Source: Stegostoma tigrinum
Taxonomy: Eukaryota
Direction: 5' to 3'
Length of the DNA: 64,000 bases
Assembly: GCF_030684315.1 (NCBI RefSeq)
Contig: NC_081369.1
Coordinates: 9,648,035 to 9,712,034, forward strand
Each line of letters begins with the position of its first letter. Positions within the stretch are counted from its first letter, which is position 1. Positions 25,301 to 38,849 of the stretch are shown here, in pieces. Both the position numbers and the translations under genes were made by a program. The notes under the pieces were generated by a model. That model did not search any database, was not told the DNA's origin, and saw only the letters and a program-made list of their open reading frames with translations.

Positions 25301-27177
25301 GGGCCCACATTTATTATCCATCTCTAGTTTCCCTTTCGAAGGTGGTAATGACCTGCCTTCTTGATATACTGCAATCTATTTGCTTTGTGCACCCACTTAG
25401 CCATGAGGAGGGGCGTTTCTAATAATTTTGTTTTCTCCTAATAATCGTGCAGATAATGATCAGAAGCCACGTTATTTTTGGATTCCAATTTTTGCGGTAG
25501 CTGGCAGTGTATTCCTTGTTTTTCTGATTGTCTTTGGAGCGTGGTCTCTGCTGAAGAATAATAGAGGTAAAACCTATTTTAAGTCTTTGATGTTATTATC
25601 AATAATCAGAATGAAAGTCAGCTCTTGGGTAACAAAAATGGAAATGAAGTTTAAGAAGAATTGAAGTTGTTGAGAATGTTTTGTTTTTTACTTGGGGGTG
25701 TGGTTGGAAGGCTGGCAAAGACTGTCCTAAATGTGCTTGTACCATAAAGCCTTTCCAATTTCAATCAAAATGGAAATAATCAGCAAGATTTGTTTTAAAG
25801 AAACAGCTTTGTGATCTAATGAACGTAAGATATCTTGATAAAGCATTTTCAAAATCTCAATTCACAGCTACGATTAGTTTCAATGTGCGATTGTGATGAG
25901 GGTATGAGTGGCAGTGTGTATTTTAGAAACTGATGTAGAGGTAAACCATAAACCCAAAAGCGAAATTATCATGTCTAGTCCTCGATTTAAAATAAAATCC
26001 CCTCTTACACTACGGTGTGCTAGATATCTACAGTTTTTGAAAGGTAACCTTGAAATAAAAAAAAACTGGTTCATCATTATAAGCGGTAGTATATAAAAGT
26101 CCTCACATTGCAGATTTAAAAACCGTGTTCGACATTTTTCTGACTTTGAAATTGCAATCTCTGACATTAAAGCTGTGTAACTGTTTCTTTTTACATCACG
26201 TTTCATTCGTTTCTGGGTAAAGATGACTCTGTAGCAGGAGCGAACCACGATAAGGAGATGGTATGTCAATTCATTGATGTTGAAATACCCTATCAAGAAA
26301 TAATATTGTGGAATATTAATTTCACAATTAAGGCGGTTTAGCTTAGTTTAGTAAAAATGTTGACAAGCCTCACTAAGATAATCAAGTCAGACATGGAAGT
26401 TATTTAAAGTTGAAATTGCTGGAGAAACGTCACAGGTCTGCCTGCATCTGTGCAGAAAGAACATAGTTAACGTTTCGAGTCCAGAGACTTTCTTCAGAGA
26501 ACTTTAAACTTATTTTATGGGCATTTATTTGCTACTTAGTGTGTTGCTGTGGAACTCTGATACGTTATAAGAAATTAAAGTCACTAATTGCACTGAAAAT
26601 ATTCTTATGTGACAATGTTTTTCTATCCTTTATAATTGAAAGGAAATTTCAATTCATGACACTTAGTTTGATGTAAACATTCCCATAGCACTCATGTTGC
26701 ATGAGCGTTGATAGCGTATTTACTTGGTACAGCGCCCCGACTATATCACATATGTTTTCTGGTCAAGGAACTATGATTTGCACAAGGAAGCTGCTAAGTA
26801 CAATGGAGTTGCCGACCAAAAAAAGGCATTTGTTTTTGTCACCAACGCACAAACATGCCACGGTGCAAGCTTGAAGAGGTGAAAATTGTGTCCGCTTAGG
26901 TAGGTTTGAGTAACAGAGCCGAGAAACAAAGTGTAGCATCACCATTCGTGGTAAAGGTCAAGATAAATTCATACAGATTTTCCAGTATATTGCCTCGAAA
27001 GTCATTTGATCATCTGTTGAATGCTTTGAAACAGCATTCCGAAAAATGTGAAAAACGCCTTTTTAACAATATGTTCGAACAATGGTCTTTCAGCATCAAC
27101 AAAGTGTAACTGGTGAAGATGTGACATACGCGATTGTGTCGACAACTTCCTGGGGGAGAACTGGACAATGCATCTAA
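22292..27177 (+). CDS. Gene B: intact 6-exon IgSF inhibitory-type receptor (leader-VJ-C1-TM-ITIM), 307 aa; NKp30-like V plus SIRP/antigen-receptor-like C1
   Basis: join(22292..22346,22519..22839,23573..23884,25453..25566,26223..26260,27094..27177) = 924 nt with no internal stop. All introns are GT..AG with matching phases 1,1,1,1,0, as is typical of IgSF genes. Confidence 0.88.
22519..22839 (+). CDS. Gene B exon 2, VJ-type Ig domain
   Basis: tag| acceptor. Translation includes VSQAP, NVTLYC, LWWK, DAGIYHC and GNGTGSHLRVY. Phase-1 donor G|gttagt. Confidence 0.95.
23573..23884 (+). CDS. Gene B exon 3, C1-set Ig domain (missing from the ORF track)
   Basis: tttgcag| acceptor. Translation includes LTLKCETAAFYPENFTLTWYKNG, NAEGLYEVSSSL and YSCSVSHVSL (CxxxxFYP, W and YxCxVxH motifs). 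Donor CAG|gtatga; 312 nt. Confidence 0.95.
25453..25566 (+). CDS. Gene B exon 4, transmembrane segment
   Basis: DNDQKPRYFWIPIFAVAGSVFLVFLIVFGAWSLLKNNR: uncharged hydrophobic helix, cag| and G|gtaaaa, phase 1-1. Confidence 0.88.
26223..26260 (+). CDS. Gene B exon 5, short cytoplasmic exon DDSVAGANHDKEM
   Basis: Pyrimidine tract plus aag|, donor ATG|gtatgt. Phase 1 to 0 links the TM exon to the ITIM exon in frame. Confidence 0.7.
27094..27177 (+). CDS. Gene B exon 6, cytoplasmic tail with ITIM (HQQSVTGEDVTYAIVSTTSWGRTGQCI*)
   Basis: tctttcag| phase-0 acceptor. VTYAIV (27121-27138) matches [VILS]xYxx[LV] and is preceded by acidic ED. TAA stop. Confidence 0.8.
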   Translation, partial: HQQSVTGEDVTYAIVSTTSWGRTGQCI

Positions 27178-30020
27178 AGAAACAACTCAGTATGCTCAGC
27201 TAAGGACAAAAACGCAAAGTGTTCTATCAGTTTCAAAGCATGTGCACTGTGAATGCACAACGATTGAAGAATGCAGCCCACAGTGTTGATGTGTAATTGT
27301 TTCAATAACGTTTTTTAAAAAGAGAAACATACATTTCCTGACATATTTTAACGTTAAGTAATATTTTACCCAGCCATGTTTCTTTCTTTGACTGCAATAG
27401 ACAGCAAATTTGTTGCACAAGATTATCAGTATGAATGAAGTCAATCCGAAAATATTATGTACTAGTTGGAACAATTTAACGATTGGTGTTTTTTTTGGTT
27501 GAGTGATAATCTCAGTGAATTTATATATTGGCTATTCCTTTGAAGCAACTGTTCCCTTCACCTCCCGAATTTAAACCGATTAACATTTTCCCCAGAGTGT
27601 GACCTTTCCCTTTTCCCTATCAAGGATGCATGAATTTATACTTTGTAATGCAATGCATTTTGTTATTTACAATATCGAGTGTGAGCTTTTTTTTAATTCA
27701 ATGCAAGTGGCGACTGTTTCTTCACCGTCATCTATGTTCTTTGATGTTACTTCTAATATTCCCGTTTGGGAAACAGAATACACTCTGCCTTGTTATTGAA
27801 ATCCTGATAATTGGACTTGTTTAGCTCTGCTAACTACTATAACCTTTATCTCAAAGGAGCAACAAAAATGCGAATAAACGGCTATGCATCAACTGTCAAT
27901 ATGTCGCAGTTTCTTTTGAAACTTTCAAACACGTGAGCACTTCCATCTCAAAGAACAAGGGCTGCTGATACATGGGAATAACACCATCTGCAAGTTCCTG
28001 TCCAAGTCACTCACCATCCTGCCTTGGAAATCTATCATATTTCAAATGTTTTACGTTATAGCGTACTTACAGCAATCTTTAACTTCTAACTTTGTTCTTT
28101 CTTTCTACATTGTTCTTAAAATTTCATACCTAGGCACTTGTATTGAAGATTGCACCCATCTGGTGACATTATGCACTTTTCACTGTACTGTACGTTTGCT
28201 TTTGAGTATACGTGGCAATAAAATCAAAAAATCAACTCACTGGTCCTTCAGTGCTATTGGGAAACGTTTTGGAATTTCCTCCAAAATAGCTTTGTGTGTG
28301 TATTTACAGCACACGGACTACAGCCTTTCAAGAAGGCAGCTCACCACTTCTCAATGGAAACTTAGGGATGAGCTATAAATGCTGGTCCATCCAGTGATTC
28401 CCAAATCGCACGAGAGAATTTTAAATGGAAGGTTTACTTAAAATTTCACGTTTTCACTTCCAAAGACGCAGGTGTTTCAAAATGGAAACAAAATAAATTC
28501 GACAATTTTGGTACGTGATTAATTTAAATAACGACACTTTATTCACGGAAGATAAAACACAATTATGGTAGTTGTCTAGAATTTTACATAGGACTGGGCA
28601 TCAAGAGCTAAGGGCTCATCCCCAACTGCAGTGGAAATGCGTTATTGGACTTTGTAAACCACCGCAGTCGTAAGGCCGCATTAAAAGAGCTGTTAGCGTG
28701 GTACTTCAAGGATTTTGACCCAGCAACATAGAAAGCCTTTGATACGTCATGAACGACCAGATCGTGTTTTGCAGCCTTCTCGTTTTAGCTACAGGTATGC
28801 ACCTGCTAAATATCAGCAAGAGCAATTTGCTTAAACAAATTTACAGTTGAACCGTTTCAATCTTATACAAGTGCTTGCATCTCTGTTCTAAATTTAAATA
28901 TATTGCAAAAGTGTGGGCGCACAGAGCGCCAAATAGCTGCTGTTATTTTGTACGGTGTATCTCAGTATAATTAGAATAGCCGTTAATGATCATCTTACTA
29001 TTACACTTTTGTCAGTTTAACTTTCCAACTGCATTATGCTGCAATTGGGGATAGCAAAATAAACTTTTTTGTCTTACCGCAAACACTCTTCTGTTAATTA
29101 TGCACGGACAAGTACAATTAAGTGTGTAAATTTCCAACTTAAATGCATTTTCTTCAAGAGTTAAAATATTGCAAGATGAATCTAATTAGCCTACAACTTA
29201 CAACGTCTGGATATTTCCAAAACGTGGAGACAGCTAGGGCAGTAAAACAGTTTTGGGCTACTTGACTGTGAAACTAAACATTTTAAGACGAATATTGCTA
29301 AATATGTTTGTTCCTGTCGTCATGTTGCATACTGTGGAAATGTAGTTTCTTGGTGGCGAAGGAGCAGATGTATAAGACCATCTTGCTATCTCATTTCGAA
29401 CGCATCAGAAAATGTTATTTTCTTTTTTGCGTTCATGGGATGTGGATGTAGTTAGTAAGGCTCGCATTTCCCCCCATTTTTATTTGCCCATGAACTAAGT
29501 CAATTACTGGGCTATTTCATGGACCTGGTATCATCAGCCTGTCTGCCCTTTGAATGTAAACAAGCAAGGAAAATTGATGATGTTCACAGTTCAATTAACA
29601 CTGATATTATGCAGCCCACACTGGTGTTTGTGGTGCAGTGGTAGCTTTTCCGCTTCTGATCCAGGCAGCCCGGGTTCAAAGTCCGACCTACTCTGCAGGT
29701 GTGTTAAGATATCTATGTTGCCTGTGCCATTGGGCATCTATGTGTACATCTAGGGTTATCCTCCGGCATGTCACCCACCTTTGCGCAGTCTACCGACTGA
29801 TGCAGGCATCGCATACCTTCTGCCGCATTGCCCGATGCGAAGATCCCTCTCCACTGCAGAGTCCAGAGACACAACTTTCTGTGGAAAACATAGTCTGGTT
29901 CTTCCTGAACCATCCACTACTAAGGGCTGACGGATTTAATAGAGCAGCTAGTAGCATTCAAAGCCCAAACGCATTCTCATGCGTGTGGCAAAAATTCTGT
30001 ATTTAGCCAATGCTTACCAT

Positions 30021-30328
30021 CGTAGAATCCCCGCAGCGTGGAAACAGACCCTTTGGCCCAACAAGTCCACACTGAACGTCAGAGCATCCCACCCAGACTC
30101 ATCCATCTATAACCCGACTAATCTACACCTCCCTGAACACTACGGGCAATTTATCATGGCCAATCCACATAGCCTGCACATCTTTGGACTGTGGGAGGAA
30201 ATCGGAGCAGCCGGAGGGAACCCACGCAGACACTGGGAGAAATGGCAAACTCCACACAGTCAGTCACCCGAGGCTGGAATCAAACGCATGTCCCTGGCGC
30301 TGTGGGGCAGCAGTGTGCCACCATGCCG
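30021..30328 (-). mobile_element. HE1-like SINE
   Basis: Reverse complement of the copy at 10787. Confidence 0.82.
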
Positions 30329-33044
30329 TCCTGTGATCCTACCACAGAAGTCTTACGGCTGTGCGGTGGTGTTCAATGGACGAGCTATTTCCGGTTGATT
30401 TTTCTTGCAGTCTCCTGAGTGGGGGAGGGATGAGTGAGGGAAACGTGTGTCCACCACCTCCTGTAGCCCCATAACATTTTTGTCTCAGATGAGCACTACA
30501 CTCCAAAACAACCTAGGAGTTTGAATTGATAAGTACATCTCTAACGGTGGCTGCAAAACCATCACATCTATCACCACAAACTCCAGATAACAGCGAGAGT
30601 ATAGTCCTGGAATTCGAGTTTAAGAGATACAACGTGTCAGTATATACGATAAAGTGTAACCATTGTCTGTCTAATGAACTTACTTTGTCAGTAAATCTTT
30701 TCAAGACAATAAGAAGGATGTGGAGAGGTATACTAAGCTTTAGGCATTGGGGAATACCTAAAATTGATTTGCAAAGAATTACACTTCTTCAGAAATAAAA
30801 TTCAATATCAAGGTTTCCTTATTGTTGACATAATTTGCTCTTTGAGGCCCAACAGTTCCTGTATTCCCAACATTACCAATTGTTGTCTGCCAGTCTTCAC
30901 AGGAATGGCACAAAAACAGAAGCAAAACTGGGCCTTGGTATCGCCTGATTTCAACCATTGATGAATTCTTCCATTGAATGAAAAACAGATAATGTTGGGA
31001 AAATAAAGCAGAAAGTCCTGAAAAAGAAGTCAGCAGGTGTAGCAGCATCTGTGGAGAGAACAAGAGGAAGAGTTATAGTAATGTAATGGTGGACGCTATT
31101 TCGGTAACATTAGATTCAAAGTATTAACTTTGTTTCTCTCCTGAGATGTTGCCAGATTTCTTGTCGGTTTTATTTCACATAGCCGGTAGCTGCAATACTT
31201 TTATTTAATGTTGATGAAGTATGATCCAGAGGCGACTCGGGAGTGATGGCTAAAAAGCATGGAGCAAAGGCCTCAGGAAGGAGAGAGTGGTGTGCGCCGG
31301 CTAAAGCATTTACAACACATGCATTTTCAGCTTAGGGCAAAGGAGAAAGAGTGTAATATACAACAAAACTTACAGAAAAAAAGGTCAAACAGAATTCGTG
31401 GATGTCATCACGAGTTATGTTCTTAATATTCACCATTCTGTTTTACACAAAGAGGCCTCGCATTCATTGTTATCATCATATCGATGTTCATGACAATGAA
31501 CAAAAATTTGATGGGACCAAAATAGAAATCACTGGAAAAGCTGAGCAGGTCTGTCAGCATCTGTGCAGAGAAACCTGTGTTAAAATTTCACATCGAATGA
31601 CCATTCCTCAGAACTCAAGTTTTGATTTCTCTCCACATCTGCTGATCTTTTCCAGCAATTTCTATTTTCTTTTCATCTCGGATTTTCAGCATTTGGAATT
31701 TTTTCCGTTTTATTTACTGAAACGTGAAGCATGCCTTCGTAATAACCAAGTTGACCCCTCCTTCTACCCTTAATAGTCTGTGGAAATGCAGTGCAAAGCC
31801 CCTTTGTTACTCAATCTAACTCAAAGTCTTTTCATTCATTGTGTTTTTTTTTTGCTTGTGGAATCTCCCAAGAAAATAAAAACACTGCTTCACACTTCTC
31901 TGCATTAAATTGATTTTTTAGGTTTATGCCCAACCTGCCAACTCATCTGTATCAACATGCTATTTCAATATTTCCTCCTTGACAAATACATAACCTATTC
32001 TGCATGGATTGCGAACTTGTTGATCCTGACCACTGTACTTATATTTTAACTCATTAATATAAACCACAAATATCAAGCAACCAAACACTGCTCAGGAGTA
32101 ACAACATTAACACTGCATATGGCAGTACTGCAGACATTCTGATCTAGTGTGGGGACTCTAGTCTCTGTCCATAATACATTGGTTTCCTGGTATACATGTG
32201 ACTTGTTTATAACTTACAAACATTGGTTTCTCAGTTATAAGAACGCCTGGATTGATCTTCTCCTTTCCTCTATCAGCTAGATTCAGCCACTGGCTGCTTG
32301 CCAATGAAAGAGTGAAGGATATGATTGGATCCCACCGATCATGGTGGGATAAAGTCGTGCTTCAGCTGAAAACACAAAGGTCTAATTTTGTGCTAGAATT
32401 CGAATTCTGAACCTATTATGGTTTAGTGATTATATGAAACAACAGGAGATATCATAAATATGAAAATTAAGCTTTGTCTTCATAAATACTGTGCAGTGAC
32501 CACTTCAACCAGCGTATGTTATTAGGGAATTCAGTTAATAGACATACCATTGATATGCTCTTGCTATTGGATATTGAAAGTTCCCATGTAGAATAAGTCT
32601 TCTGCACTTATAACTCTCAATGTTTGTTCGAAGTTATAGTCAAAATCCAAGGTTACAAATGAACTAGGTGAGGGGCTATTAGTTCATCAGATACATCCTT
32701 AACTGTGTCTGACTTGATTTCATTAGACATCATGCTGTGCAATTAAAGAATTGAAGGGCCAGTCACAGTACTGTAAACCACTGTATTGCAATTTCTTGTG
32801 TGTCAATCCTGCCTGTAGGCACCTGAGGTTGGTTATAGTTATTTTGCTCTGAGATATTAGCTGACACAGATGAGCCATAGATGAGTGTGACAATGTTAGA
32901 ATCTTTGTTGACAACTCTGTGGAACCATATTTCAACATCTCTCACAATTCTAGAGATGCTATTGAGAAGACATGTCTTTCCTGTGGACATTTCTGAAGTC
33001 CAAATAGAACATCCGTTTTGAACCTAGCAGTTAGTTGTGCACTG

Positions 33045-33836
33045 CCCCTGCACCTCCCCCCTAATCCCCACCCCAGGCCCAAGGAAGGTCTTCCACATCA
33101 GATGACCATTGCACATCTGCTAACGTGGTATACTGTATCCGCTGTTCCCGTTGTGCCCTCCTCTACATCGGAGAAACAAAGCAGAGGCTTGGGGACCTTT
33201 TCTGGAACAACTACCCTCAGTTCACAACAAACAACTGCACCGCCCAGCCGTGAGTCATTTCAACTCCCCCTCCCACTCCTTGGGCGACATGTCCATCCTG
33301 GGCCTCCTGCATTGCCACAATGATGCCGCACGAGGGTTGCGGGAACAGCAACTCATATTCCACTTGGGAACCCTGCAGACCAATGGTATCAATGTGGACT
33401 TCACAAGCTTCAAAATCTCCCTTCCCTCAACCACATCCCAAAACCAACACAGCTCATACCCACCTCCCTAACCTGTCCTCCCACCTATCCACTCCACCCA
33501 CCTTAAGTCTTGCCCCCACCTCCCACCTACCAGCCTCATCCGGCCTCCTTGACCTGCCCATCCTCCCTGGACTGACCTACCTCCTCCCTAAGTTCCCACT
33601 ACACTCTCCTTTACTGGCTCCGACCCCGCCTCCTTTTCCTTTCTTCACCTTTTATCCACCTCCTCCTCTCTCCCTATTTATTTCAGAATCCCCTTTCCCT
33701 CTCCCATTCCTGAAGCAGGGTCTCGACCCGAAACGTCAGCTTTCCTGCTCCCCTGATGCTGCATGGCCTGCTGTGTTCATCCAGCTCTGCACCTTGTTAT
33801 CTCAGATTCTCCAGTGTCAGCATTTCCTACTATCTT
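33045..33836 (+). mobile_element. Penelope-like 3' fragment (GIY-YIG)
   Basis: LYIGETK, HFNSPSH and EQQLIFHLGTLQTNGIN remnants plus the conserved terminus. Confidence 0.85.
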
Positions 33837-34184
33837 TGAATTGATAAGCTGAAGCTGGCCTATTTTGTTTTTACCACTACTAGTGTGTGTTGCTAAATAT
33901 TGAAACATAGCCTGAATCTATACATCGAGAATTAGACCGCAATGCATCTCTGACACAGCAGGTCTAAATTTAGCCATTAAGCCTAAAACCCCAGGAACTA
34001 GCAGCTTTCTATGACTCCTTGTTCAAGAATTGGCACCCAAAAGGCAGTGTCCCATTGGAGAAGGCTTGGCTTTTTCTTTGTTTGGTTTTCTTTGGTACTA
34101 TCGCTTCAAATCTGCTCCTTGAATGAGGAAAACGTTTGCACTGATGTCAACTTTCTTGATGCCACAAACATGGGGAAAGATGAG

Positions 34185-34810
34185 ATCAAAATGACACAAA
34201 TTGTCTGCAGAGGAATAGAGGCAGATTAAGCAAGTGGGCAAACACTTCCAAATTGCATCTCATGTGAGAAAAATGTCAGTTCACACACTTTAGTAGCAAG
34301 AATAGAGAAGCCAAATGAAAACTACCGCAGAAAGCTACAAAACAGACGGATTTCGTACTCCTCTTACTCGTAGATGGAGCATTTACATTCAGTGGTTATT
34401 AGGAGAGAAACAAACTGAATGATGAAGTTTGATTTGAACAAAATAGAGCTTAAAATTATAAAGCTTTTCCTAAAATTATAAAAGGCATTACATTGTAACA
34501 CAGTGAGCAGCTTTAGGTTCCTTATCTAAGGAAAGACAAACAGACATTGGAGGCAGTCCGAAGAAGGTTGGGTAGGCTATCCAAGTGTTCATGCAGAGAG
34601 ATTGAGCTGGTTGGGCCTATTCTCATTGGCATTTTGAAAAATGGGAAGGGACCTTATTGAACAAAATAGTATTCTTAGGGAATTTGACAGGTTAGAGGCA
34701 GAAAGTTTTTTTCCCTCCTGGTCTATGAACCTGGGATGAGACTGCGTAAGTTCAGAGGAAGGAGTCACTTGCCTCAGACAGAGATGGTCGGGGTTTTCTT
34801 CTCACAGGGA
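34185..34810 (+). mobile_element. Highly decayed CR1 RT 3' fragment
   Basis: Residual similarity to the CR1 RT C-terminal region. Confidence 0.55.
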
Positions 34811-36389
34811 GTCATTATGCATGACCTTACGTTTTTCTTACATTAAATGCAAGCTGCCATGTTTTTGTTCATCTCAGAACTTTGATGAAGACTGTTTGTG
34901 GGTCGCATAACTATTTAGTGTGAGGGAGTCTTGTTTGTTGTTGGAATCGACTGTACAAATTGCGTTACCACCTAAAAACGAAAGTTCATCACCACATATA
35001 GAATTGGGAAAGAACTATTTATCTGTCAATCCTTTCCGTGCCCACTGTGCTGGAGCAGAACTGTGGCTCATTGAGGCGTGGGGCGGGGGTGGGCGGTGTG
35101 GGTATGGGGAGGGGCGGTGCTCTGGTGTCATCCAGAGCAATATTCAGTCCGAGGAACTTGGCGTCAAAATTAACAAGCAACTTCTGCAAAATCATCACAA
35201 CATCAAAATGATCACCCGAGTCACGTGCACAACGCCTTACTGCAAATCAGATTTGAGAGAGAAATTAATGGCATTAGAACTGGCGTGGGTAATGTGAGTT
35301 CTGTTTCTTGGTATGCACTACCAGTCATGGGGACATAAAGGCTCCACTTCCTGTCATCGTTGCAATACATGTGAGACTCTACTGTTTACGCTGTTCAAAT
35401 TTCTCCTGCCACAGTCGGCAAGTGTTGATCCACTTGAATTTGTGAACCTGTTTATTTTTCCAATTCACGTCTCTTCACACTGATAAACCTCAGACTCTTT
35501 GAAAATTACATTCAAGAGTTGAAAGGAGGCCGTTCGCTTTTCAGTGACAAATCATAACCTGTTGTCTGACCGTGGCAGCATAATTCCGTTTATCCCACCT
35601 TCCGACAAAGATTTGGCCAATTACCAATTAAGTTAATCCTTATGAGGCGCATGCTGTGAAATGAAACTTCCGTAGTCATTTCAACAATTAGTACTGGATG
35701 TTTGAAGATAACATGGCAGCCTGCTTACGGTCTGAACTTGTACATAAACCCATATACTATGTCTGAGGCTACTTGCCTGTGGCTGTACTGCCAATGTCGA
35801 GGCGTAACGAGCAAAATAAAGACGCAGGTGTCATACTGGGTAGACCCTCATCATACTATATAGTATTACCTCATTATAACTTCAGATTCAGTCCCTGTTT
35901 AAAACTTATTGCCTGATACTCTGTTCTTGATACAATGTTGCTTGCATCAATTGATCTTTCTAATGCAACTTGATGTATCTTCCAGAAAACTGTGGCAGAC
36001 AGAGGCTAGCAATGCTTTAATGCTTCAAGGTCAATGTCAAATTCACCTTAATTTAAATTCAGAAACGGTACCTTTAGCGTTGGGATGAAAAAATAGGAGG
36101 AAAATATGATAAATCAGGAGGCAGGTAATATTAATGCTAGATATTTAAAATAAAACTTGATCAATGTAATGACGAAGTCTGATGAAGTTCTGAAGAAGTG
36201 TTACTGGCCCAAAAATGTTAACTCAGCTTTCTCCACAAAAACGCTGCCTGGCCTGTTGAGTTTTTCCAGTTTTATTTTATATTGTTTCTGATTTTCAACG
36301 TCTGCAATTTTTTGTTTCTTTTAGCATGTACGTATTATAGTTTCTTGCGTAGGCAGCAACACGATTGAAGTAGAAAATGTTGAAGCATC

Positions 36390-37464
36390 ATGAGACTGGA
36401 AGTGATGTTGCTGTTTGAACTTGGGGTCATTGTCACAGTTAGGTATTGCATTTCTGATTGTCCGAATCAGCACTACATTATATTTATCATATTTTCTGTA
36501 CATGATTTGATATCGATGCCACTGAAACACCACAACAAGGATAACCTCGGGTGCTTTTAAGAGTTGTGTACAGAGCTTTACAGTAAATATTAAAATGGTG
36601 TATAACTTCAAAGATGGCGCAATAGAACATCGGCAACAAAGTCTCCTGAACATTATTGTTTCCTCGTGACTTACCTCATACAGTTAGATTGAATTCAGTT
36701 CCATTCTCACTAACTTTTCCCTAATGGATTTTTACACAATGATAGAGCCCTGAGTCACGACGCTTTGCATTTGGCAGATCCAAGAAACTACTACCTTTGT
36801 TTTTGAGACAAATATTTTTGATGTTATCTGTTCCTGTTTGCATATATTTAATCTGTTTCGTTTCCAACAAGGTAACTCAATTGCTAAAATTATCATTAGA
36901 AAGGGGAATGATACAGCAGAGGATGATGTCGGTACCCCTTTAGATAGTTGCCTCTTTGGGATGTTGAGATATCCTGGTGGGAGTAGCTGTCGTATGTATT
37001 ATAGAATAAAGCTGCATATTAATTAATTGTATTCCACGCAAAACCAGACACTTAAGGGCACAACTGTACATGGAAATATAAAGGAGAGATAAGATGTCAA
37101 AGGAGCAAGCTATATTCAATTCAAGTGATATAGCGATGAGGTAAGATCTCTAGTTCTTAACGAGATGTCTGAGAGCAAGAGTAAGAAGATACCTGTGTAA
37201 ATTTGTTGCAGCAGCAACAAGACCATGAACAGCAAGATTACAGTGACCGATATTCCGAACCAAAGTTTCAACTGAAGTCTGACTGCGCTCATTTTGGTTT
37301 GCTGCCGACAGAGCGTCAAAAGATTGTTTATCCTGAAACTCGCAGTTATGACATTTGGCATCTTATGTTTTGCGTTCCACGACAAAGAAACGGTTTTATT
37401 GTATTTATTCTGCTGTTCAGCTGATCTTGAAATCAAGTGTGACATCATCGACAAAAATAGCCAG
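36390..37464 (+). pseudogene. Gene C: decayed paralog (leader-like exon, V remnant, possible stalk/TM and cytoplasmic remnants)
   Basis: MRLEVMLLFELGVIVTV|gt at 36390-36442. V remnant 36872-37140 reads VTQ, CRYPF*LPLWDVEISWW, LHIN and DT*GHNCTWKYKGEIR (gene B: DAGIYHCTVIRQGEVR) across stops and frameshifts, and ends at AG|gtaag. Confidence 0.55.
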
Positions 37465-38849
37465 GTCATAGGTAATCCCTGAATTACTAGAGGACCATTA
37501 ACAACGTCTGCTTGTCTTCATACAGCGCATTCGATGGAGCAAAACATTGCAAGTGGCTTTTTAAAAACTTACGTTTAACACTGAAACATATAATAATAAA
37601 TCTTCGTCAAATACGTAGATCTGAAGAAGTAACAACGGAAGAAAGGTAAGTTGAGAAGTAGAAAGGTTTTAGGAGGTATTCATGGAGTCTGAAACCTTGT
37701 CAGCTAAAGGCTAGTGCACCAATGAGCTATAGATACTCATCAAATTTGCGAATACTCAGGAGGTTGGGATTAAAAATGTTGGCATTTTTATGATTGCTTT
37801 ATGATTGGATGAAATCTCAGAGATAACAGGGACCTGATCAAGGAGCAAAAATAAGTATTTCAAAATCAAGGCATTGCTTAAATGGAGAGCACGTGGACAG
37901 CAAACATTGAATTGATAGATGAGGCGACTTGTTCAGAGATTGGAAGTGGACCAGCAGATGGTTAATCTACTTGAGTAAACTGCAGAGCAGAAACATATCA
38001 ATAACGTTAGCTGGTAATACTGCATAGCTTAAAGTGGAGTATTAATAATTGTGGAGATAAACCTCAATAACAGTGTTTTCAGACATTTGGAGTAGGAAAC
38101 AGTCTCTTTATAAAGTTAATCATGAGGCAGAAGTTAAATTAAATGGCTTCAGTCTCCAAATTATTAACTGAAGCATGGGTATGTTCATTGCTTGACGTCG
38201 GAATGTTGAATCATGGACAGTTATTAATGGCTGAGATACCAAAAACAGTAAAATACGTATGGTTAGGATATCATTCTCGTGATCCAAACATCAATGACGT
38301 GCTATAATAAGAGCAGGGTTACAATTACTTATATAACATATTTGAAGCACAGTCAATGCTGCATGTGGAGACATTTTAACTTGTGTCTCCTTCACTGTGC
38401 TTCTGTCTATTAGGGTAATGGTGCATGAAGACACTGTAAATTGGGGATTCACAGAGAAGTGCAGATTTCCACCTTAACTGTTCTCAGATTGTTTTGAAAA
38501 TACAGAAAATACCTATGCTGCCAGTTGAGATTAATTTTAGTTCAATCATAAGATGTGAGCATCACTGACAAATTGAAATTTTAAATTGTCTTGCATTTAT
38601 TTAATTAGTTTAGTTCAACGAAAGAACTTCAAAGGTTGTTTCTTTCTGCATGAAAGAGAATGGATAAGAATGTAAATTGATCAAAAATGTAAATGGCAAG
38701 TGCCACTTGACAAATCATGATCTAAGTAGATACAAATACGAGTGTTCCATTGAATATATTTGAAGGTATCTTTGCATCACAGTAAGCTATATAATTTCAG
38801 CATAAAATTTCATATATAAATTTCAGCAAAAAAGAGTCTCGAATTAAGA

